The notes under the pieces: generated by a model
Seen by the model: the letters and a program-made list of their open reading frames with translations, nothing else
Database searches by the model: none
What the model was told of the DNA's origin: nothing
Translations under genes and position numbers: made by a program
In this document: piece by piece, positions 59,559 to 64,000 of the stretch
Position numbering within the stretch: the first letter of the stretch is position 1
Layout of the letters: each line of letters starts with the position of its first letter
NCBI GenBank assembly: GCA_964347045.1
Contig: CAYFXC010000001.1
Coordinates: 32,001 to 96,000 of the forward strand
Direction of reading: 5' to 3'
Source of the DNA: an uncultured archaeon
GTDB lineage: Archaea; Asgardarchaeota; Hermodarchaeia; Hermodarchaeales; Hermodarchaeaceae
Length of the DNA: 64,000 nucleotides

Positions 59559-60965
59559 CTAGAAGCTGTTTTTTTTCTCTTTCAAAAGCGTAGTTAATTC
59601 ATGTTTGGTCTTAATAAGATGGATTCGATCTACTTGCGTGAAGTTAGAGACCAGCTTCTGGGCTAGTATGGTCGTTTGGGGGCACGCGAGCAAGAAAATA
59701 ACATTCTTCGTTTTGTCTTCTCGAAGAAACGTGAATATTTTTTGAAAAAGCCATTCAACATGGGTTGTATTTGCTTGTGGGATTATAAGAAATAACAAGT
59801 CATCAACTTGTGCATCCACTCTAAGGGGCAACTTGTCAATAAAGAGCTCCTTATCCTTCTCATATGAAAGTTCAAGACTTGAGAGCTGTTCAGCTAGCAT
59901 CTTTCTCCAATTCAACGGGGTGATTAAGCTTGATGAAGGATTCTTGCTAATTTTAGATTTAGAATCGGATTTTTTTGGAGAATGCCATGGGGTTAATAAT
60001 AAATTGATAATCATTGTAGCTGTTGTTGAGAATCCCAATTCTAGCTTTTGTTCATGGATTTGATTGCGCGCTAAAACATCACCGAATAATTGGATTGATT
60101 TAGAGGCAGGAATCTGACTTATGCAAAGAGCTTTCGGTTGTTGGTTTTGAATTGAAATATTATTAGCAGGATTATCAAATACAATAGTCAAAGACTTGGC
60201 AATTTGGGTTGCTTTCTCGGTTTTTTTTATTGGTAATATCATACGAATATTCTGAGTACCTTCTAAGATGCTCAGAATTGTGTGGAACTTGTCGAAATTT
60301 TCTGGTGTAAGGATTGCAAATGCTTTCTTTGCATTGATCATATCAGTTTGTATGTTTATGGCGTATTTTCCGCTGACAGAGATTTTTTGAAATCGTCCGG
60401 GAATTCCCATTGAGAAGTGGTTCGTAAGTTCATTCCCATTTAGAAGTTTGATATGTTGAGCTCCAAAAGCGGCTCTGAAGCTTTTCTTAATGTTATCAAG
60501 TAGCTCTCTTGTGTACGTCAAGAACGAGGATTTTTCTAGCTTGATATAGAAAGTTATGAAGCATGCTTTTTGATCTGTCCACTCGAATGCTAAGGTAGTC
60601 GACGCAGGTAATATTTTTAGAAGAATTGTCAAAGTTCGGTGAACGAAGGCTTTTTCAAAATTTGCTGCTACGAGTTTAAATGCGAAAAAAACGGCACAAC
60701 GATTCTTCGGTGACTGAAATATGAGAAGCCCCGATTCAAAAAGCGTTGAGGTCGATATGTCAAAAAATTCATGCTTCCTTTCAGATAACAATGTTCGTAA
60801 TACCAATACCGATGAAACGGCTATTACCGATGAAAAAATTACACTACTGAAATTCAAGCCTAGGTTAAAGAGAAGTAGAATAAGATACATGAAAAGGCTC
60901 ACACTAAGGCAAGTGAAAAACGTTGAAAGTGTCTGCTCATACCTTACCGTAATTGGTATCCTCAT
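59559..60965 (-). CDS. Hypothetical protein with two N-terminal TM helices
   Basis: 468-aa ORF; no family recognised. Confidence 0.55.
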   Translation of the reverse strand: MRIPITVRYEQTLSTFFTCLSVSLFMYLILLLFNLGLNFSSVIFSSVIAVSSVLVLRTLLSERKHEFFDISTSTLFESGLLIFQSPKNRCAVFFAFKLVAANFEKAFVHRTLTILLKILPASTTLAFEWTDQKACFITFYIKLEKSSFLTYTRELLDNIKKSFRAAFGAQHIKLLNGNELTNHFSMGIPGRFQKISVSGKYAINIQTDMINAKKAFAILTPENFDKFHTILSILEGTQNIRMILPIKKTEKATQIAKSLTIVFDNPANNISIQNQQPKALCISQIPASKSIQLFGDVLARNQIHEQKLELGFSTTATMIINLLLTPWHSPKKSDSKSKISKNPSSSLITPLNWRKMLAEQLSSLELSYEKDKELFIDKLPLRVDAQVDDLLFLIIPQANTTHVEWLFQKIFTFLREDKTKNVIFLLACPQTTILAQKLVSNFTQVDRIHLIKTKHELTTLLKEKKNSF

Positions 60966-61106
60966 CTTTCTCTCTTTTTTCCTATAAATTAAAGGCTAAA
61001 AACTCGTAAAATTCTCGTCTTCTTGAAAAATCCTCAGCATTTTATCAATTAAATGAGTAAAGTTTAAGGCGAGCTAAGACTTTGCGGGGCTGAAAACCTA
61101 TTTGAG

Positions 61107-61571
61107 GTGCATATCACCATGCCCCTGTTTCGAACGGATCGCTACATCAAAATCTCTGTTGCTGATTTTAATCTTCAAAAATCAAGTGAAGCCCTTTTGC
61201 AAGTCCTGCAAAAAGTTTCTGACCTTCGAAATGTGCAAATGACAAAGGTGAGAACCGACCGCGAAGAACAGGGAAAAATCAGAATCGAGGAGTGGTATGA
61301 AATAACAGGGGCACTTAATGTTCCTGAAGGAGGACAATCGTTCTGGGTCATTTCAAAACCAAGTTCAGAAAGTGAACACTACAATTTCTTTATGCGCGTT
61401 GACAGGAACATAGAAGCCCTAGATTATGAATCTGCACAAAAGAAAACTTCAGATTGGGTTTATCAATCTCTCATAAAGCCACTAGAAGCTAGATTTTCAA
61501 TACAACTCAAGAGCGTCAGTTTACCCGAACAACTCAGTAATTTAGCCAAAAAATTAGGTGATAAAATGTGA
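61107..61571 (+). CDS. Hypothetical protein overlapping the fumarate reductase flavoprotein start
   Basis: 154-aa ORF with ATGTGA overlap. Confidence 0.55.
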   Translation: MHITMPLFRTDRYIKISVADFNLQKSSEALLQVLQKVSDLRNVQMTKVRTDREEQGKIRIEEWYEITGALNVPEGGQSFWVISKPSSESEHYNFFMRVDRNIEALDYESAQKKTSDWVYQSLIKPLEARFSIQLKSVSLPEQLSNLAKKLGDKM

Positions 61572-63271
61572 CCATTGAAGTAATTGATACTGATGTATTG
61601 GTTGTGGGTGCAGGAGGAGCAGGATGTCGAGCAGCAATCTCTGCTTCCGATTCCAACCAAGAAGTTATCATCATTACTAAAGACATTCTAGGAAAGGCAC
61701 ATACCGTTATGGCTGAGGGAGGGATTAATGCTGCACTTGCAAATCTTGATCCAGATGACATGTGTGAAATCCATGCACGAGACACCTGTAGAGCAGGAGC
61801 CTATCTAAATAACCAAAACCTAGCTGAAATCCTAGCAAATGAATCCCCTCAACGAGTCTTTGATTTAGAAAACTTTGGTGCAATTTTTTCTCGAACTCCA
61901 GACGGTCTAATTATGCAACGACCCTTTGGACATCAAACTTATCGAAGAACTTGCTATGCAGGAGACCGGACAGGGCATGAAGTGTTAGCAACATTAGCTG
62001 AAGAACTTCGACGGCGGCAAATCGAAATTATCGATGAAGTTTTTGTTACCTCTTTACTTCGTAATAAGAATCGAGTCGCCGGTGTTACAGTATTAGATAT
62101 TCGAACTGGGAAATTCCAGGTGTTTCGCTCTTCAGCTGTTGTTATGGCAGCGGGTGGCGCTGGTCGAATTTATGATATTACAACGAATGCGCAAGCAGAT
62201 GTTGGAAGTGGTTATGCGATGGGTTTCAAAATTGGTGTAGAATTGGTTGACATGGAACAGTTTCAATTTCATCCTACTGGGGCTGCTATCCCACCTGCCG
62301 CACGGGGTCGGTTAGTTACCGAAGCTGTCCGAGGTGAAGGTGGAATTCTTCTTAACAAGGATGGTGAACGATTCATGAAACGCTATAATCCCCGTCTTAT
62401 GGAATTAGCTGGACGTGATGAAGTTGCAAGGTCCATTGCCACAGAAATTCGAGAAGGACGGGGAACAGAAAATGAAGCGGTCTATCTGGATATCTCCTTT
62501 CTTCCTGCAAGAATCATCGAAGAACGTCTTCCAACTATGCTAGAAGATTTTCTCGATATTGGTATCGATATTCGAAACGAGCCAATGGAGGTCACTCCAA
62601 CTGCTCATCATGTAATGGGAGGATTGAAAATTGATTCCCTAGCTGGAACTAATCTTGCTGGTCTTTATGCCGCTGGAGAAGTTGCCGGGAGTGTACATGG
62701 GGGGAATAGATTAGGTGGAAATGCACTTGCAGCCGGTCAAGTATTTGGAAAAATCGCCGGAGACTCAGCCGCCAAATTTGCAGCGGATAATTCCACTCCT
62801 TCTCTTGATAGAAATTCAATTGCCAAGGAATATTCACGAGTAATGGCGCCTCTTGAAAAAGATGAAGGGCTTAGACCAGCAAAAGAAACTAAACGGCTTC
62901 AAAGGTTAATGTGGGACAAAGCAGGGCTATTCAGAAATGAAGAAGACCTAAATTCAGCTCTTAGCTTCATAAAGCAACAACAAAAACAAGTCGATTCCGA
63001 GCTTGCTGTACAGAATAAGGCTACACGTTACAATACAGAGTGGATCAGTGCACTTGAGTTGCAGGATATGATACTGGTTGCGGAACTGATTGTGCGTTCT
63101 GCATTATTACGAAAAGAATCCAGAGGAGCACATTATCGAACGGACTATCCCAATCCTGATAATAAACGTTGGTTCGTGAATATTGTTATCTCAAAACAGA
63201 AGGAGAAAATGGTTCTCAAACGAACACCTGTGGTTATCACAAAATGGACTCCACCATGGATGAAAAACTAA
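61568..63271 (+). CDS. sdhA: Fumarate reductase/succinate dehydrogenase flavoprotein (TfrA/SdhA)
   Basis: GAGGAG, HTVMAEGG, QFHPT, EAVRGEG, HGGNRLGGN, ESRGAH. Confidence 0.93.
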   Translation: MTIEVIDTDVLVVGAGGAGCRAAISASDSNQEVIIITKDILGKAHTVMAEGGINAALANLDPDDMCEIHARDTCRAGAYLNNQNLAEILANESPQRVFDLENFGAIFSRTPDGLIMQRPFGHQTYRRTCYAGDRTGHEVLATLAEELRRRQIEIIDEVFVTSLLRNKNRVAGVTVLDIRTGKFQVFRSSAVVMAAGGAGRIYDITTNAQADVGSGYAMGFKIGVELVDMEQFQFHPTGAAIPPAARGRLVTEAVRGEGGILLNKDGERFMKRYNPRLMELAGRDEVARSIATEIREGRGTENEAVYLDISFLPARIIEERLPTMLEDFLDIGIDIRNEPMEVTPTAHHVMGGLKIDSLAGTNLAGLYAAGEVAGSVHGGNRLGGNALAAGQVFGKIAGDSAAKFAADNSTPSLDRNSIAKEYSRVMAPLEKDEGLRPAKETKRLQRLMWDKAGLFRNEEDLNSALSFIKQQQKQVDSELAVQNKATRYNTEWISALELQDMILVAELIVRSALLRKESRGAHYRTDYPNPDNKRWFVNIVISKQKEKMVLKRTPVVITKWTPPWMKN

Positions 63272-63292
63272 TGTCGAATCGAGGTATAGTTC

Positions 63293-64000
63293 ATGGCTAA
63301 AAAACCAATCATCAAATTTCAAATCCAACGTTATAACCCGGATATAGACGACAAACCAACTTTTACCACCTATAAGGTTCCTTACACTGATCGTCTAGGT
63401 GTTCTTGATGCACTCCATTACATTTTCCGTAATCTCGATTCATCGTTAGCCTATCGTTGGAATTGTCGAACTGGTCAATGTGGGTCATGTGCGATAAATA
63501 TCAATGGTGTTCCTGGTTTGGCATGTCGCACCGTAGTTGATCCTTCTGAAGATTACGTTTTAGAGCCCTTACCTAATTTCCCCGTGATTCGAGATTTAGT
63601 CGTTGATCTCGGACCAGGATTTAAACTCCTGGAGAAATTACGTCCCTACTTAGAAAGAACCTCAGCTCCTGATCGCCCAGAGAAATTGACGCGTGAAGAA
63701 ATCTCATCTGCAATGGAACTGCGTTCGTGTATAGAATGCTTTTCTTGTTACGCTGGCTGCCCTGCTGTTGCTTCAGCTAAACAAGAATATTCTGGTCCAA
63801 TTGCCATGAGAGAATTAGCCAGCTTCGAATTCGATCCAAGAGATCAAGGGGACCGAGTTCAATTAGCTGTGAGTAGTGGTCTTTATGATTGCACAAGTTG
63901 TGGAAATTGTAAAGAGGTGTGTATTCCCAAACACATCGATACACGGCGAACAGCAGTTGAAGGGCTTCGCGCGCTTGCAGTTGAACGTGGGATGGGACCT
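63293..64000 (+). CDS. sdhB: Fumarate reductase/succinate dehydrogenase Fe-S subunit (TfrB/SdhB), partial
   Basis: Manual translation: YRWNCRTGQCGSCA, CIECFSCYAGCP, CTSCGNCKEVC. Confidence 0.9.
   Translation, partial: MAKKPIIKFQIQRYNPDIDDKPTFTTYKVPYTDRLGVLDALHYIFRNLDSSLAYRWNCRTGQCGSCAININGVPGLACRTVVDPSEDYVLEPLPNFPVIRDLVVDLGPGFKLLEKLRPYLERTSAPDRPEKLTREEISSAMELRSCIECFSCYAGCPAVASAKQEYSGPIAMRELASFEFDPRDQGDRVQLAVSSGLYDCTSCGNCKEVCIPKHIDTRRTAVEGLRALAVERGMGP

Overview
Archaeal chromosomal window of about 39% GC, most likely from an Asgard archaeon. It carries eukaryote-like OSTC/DC2, OST4-like and Wbp1/GIFT-like membrane proteins, an SWS1/ZSWIM7-like protein, Elf1, eS25 and an EF-2 paralogue without the diphthamide His. 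The window holds a replication origin (ORB elements beside cdc6) and replication, repair and housekeeping genes: PolD DP1/DP2, RPA, two Orc1/Cdc6, RFC, RadB, Lhr, A-ATPase F/A/B, aRF1, ValS, HypF and fumarate reductase. It also has six tRNA genes and a box C/D sRNA. Highlights read directly from the sequence: (1) a 30-nt bulge-helix-bulge (BHB) intron with an in-frame UGA interrupting the RGITI motif of the EF-2 paralogue mRNA; (2) a tRNA-Pro(CGG) gene with four BHB/BHL introns; (3) an island of tiny proline-rich peptide genes (MYPPRPPCPVPS, MYPPRRPEPL, MYPRPGDEPGPL, MRRPPIYTPGPIPDPRFAVGSK) with related promoters, interleaved with two paralogous ~570-aa HTH/Lrp-like regulators; (4) an origin-proximal SegB-like protein paired with a non-ParA AAA+ ATPase and flanked by repeated 23-24 bp sites. 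No CRISPR array was seen. All homology calls are by eye and from recalled family motifs; no searches were run.
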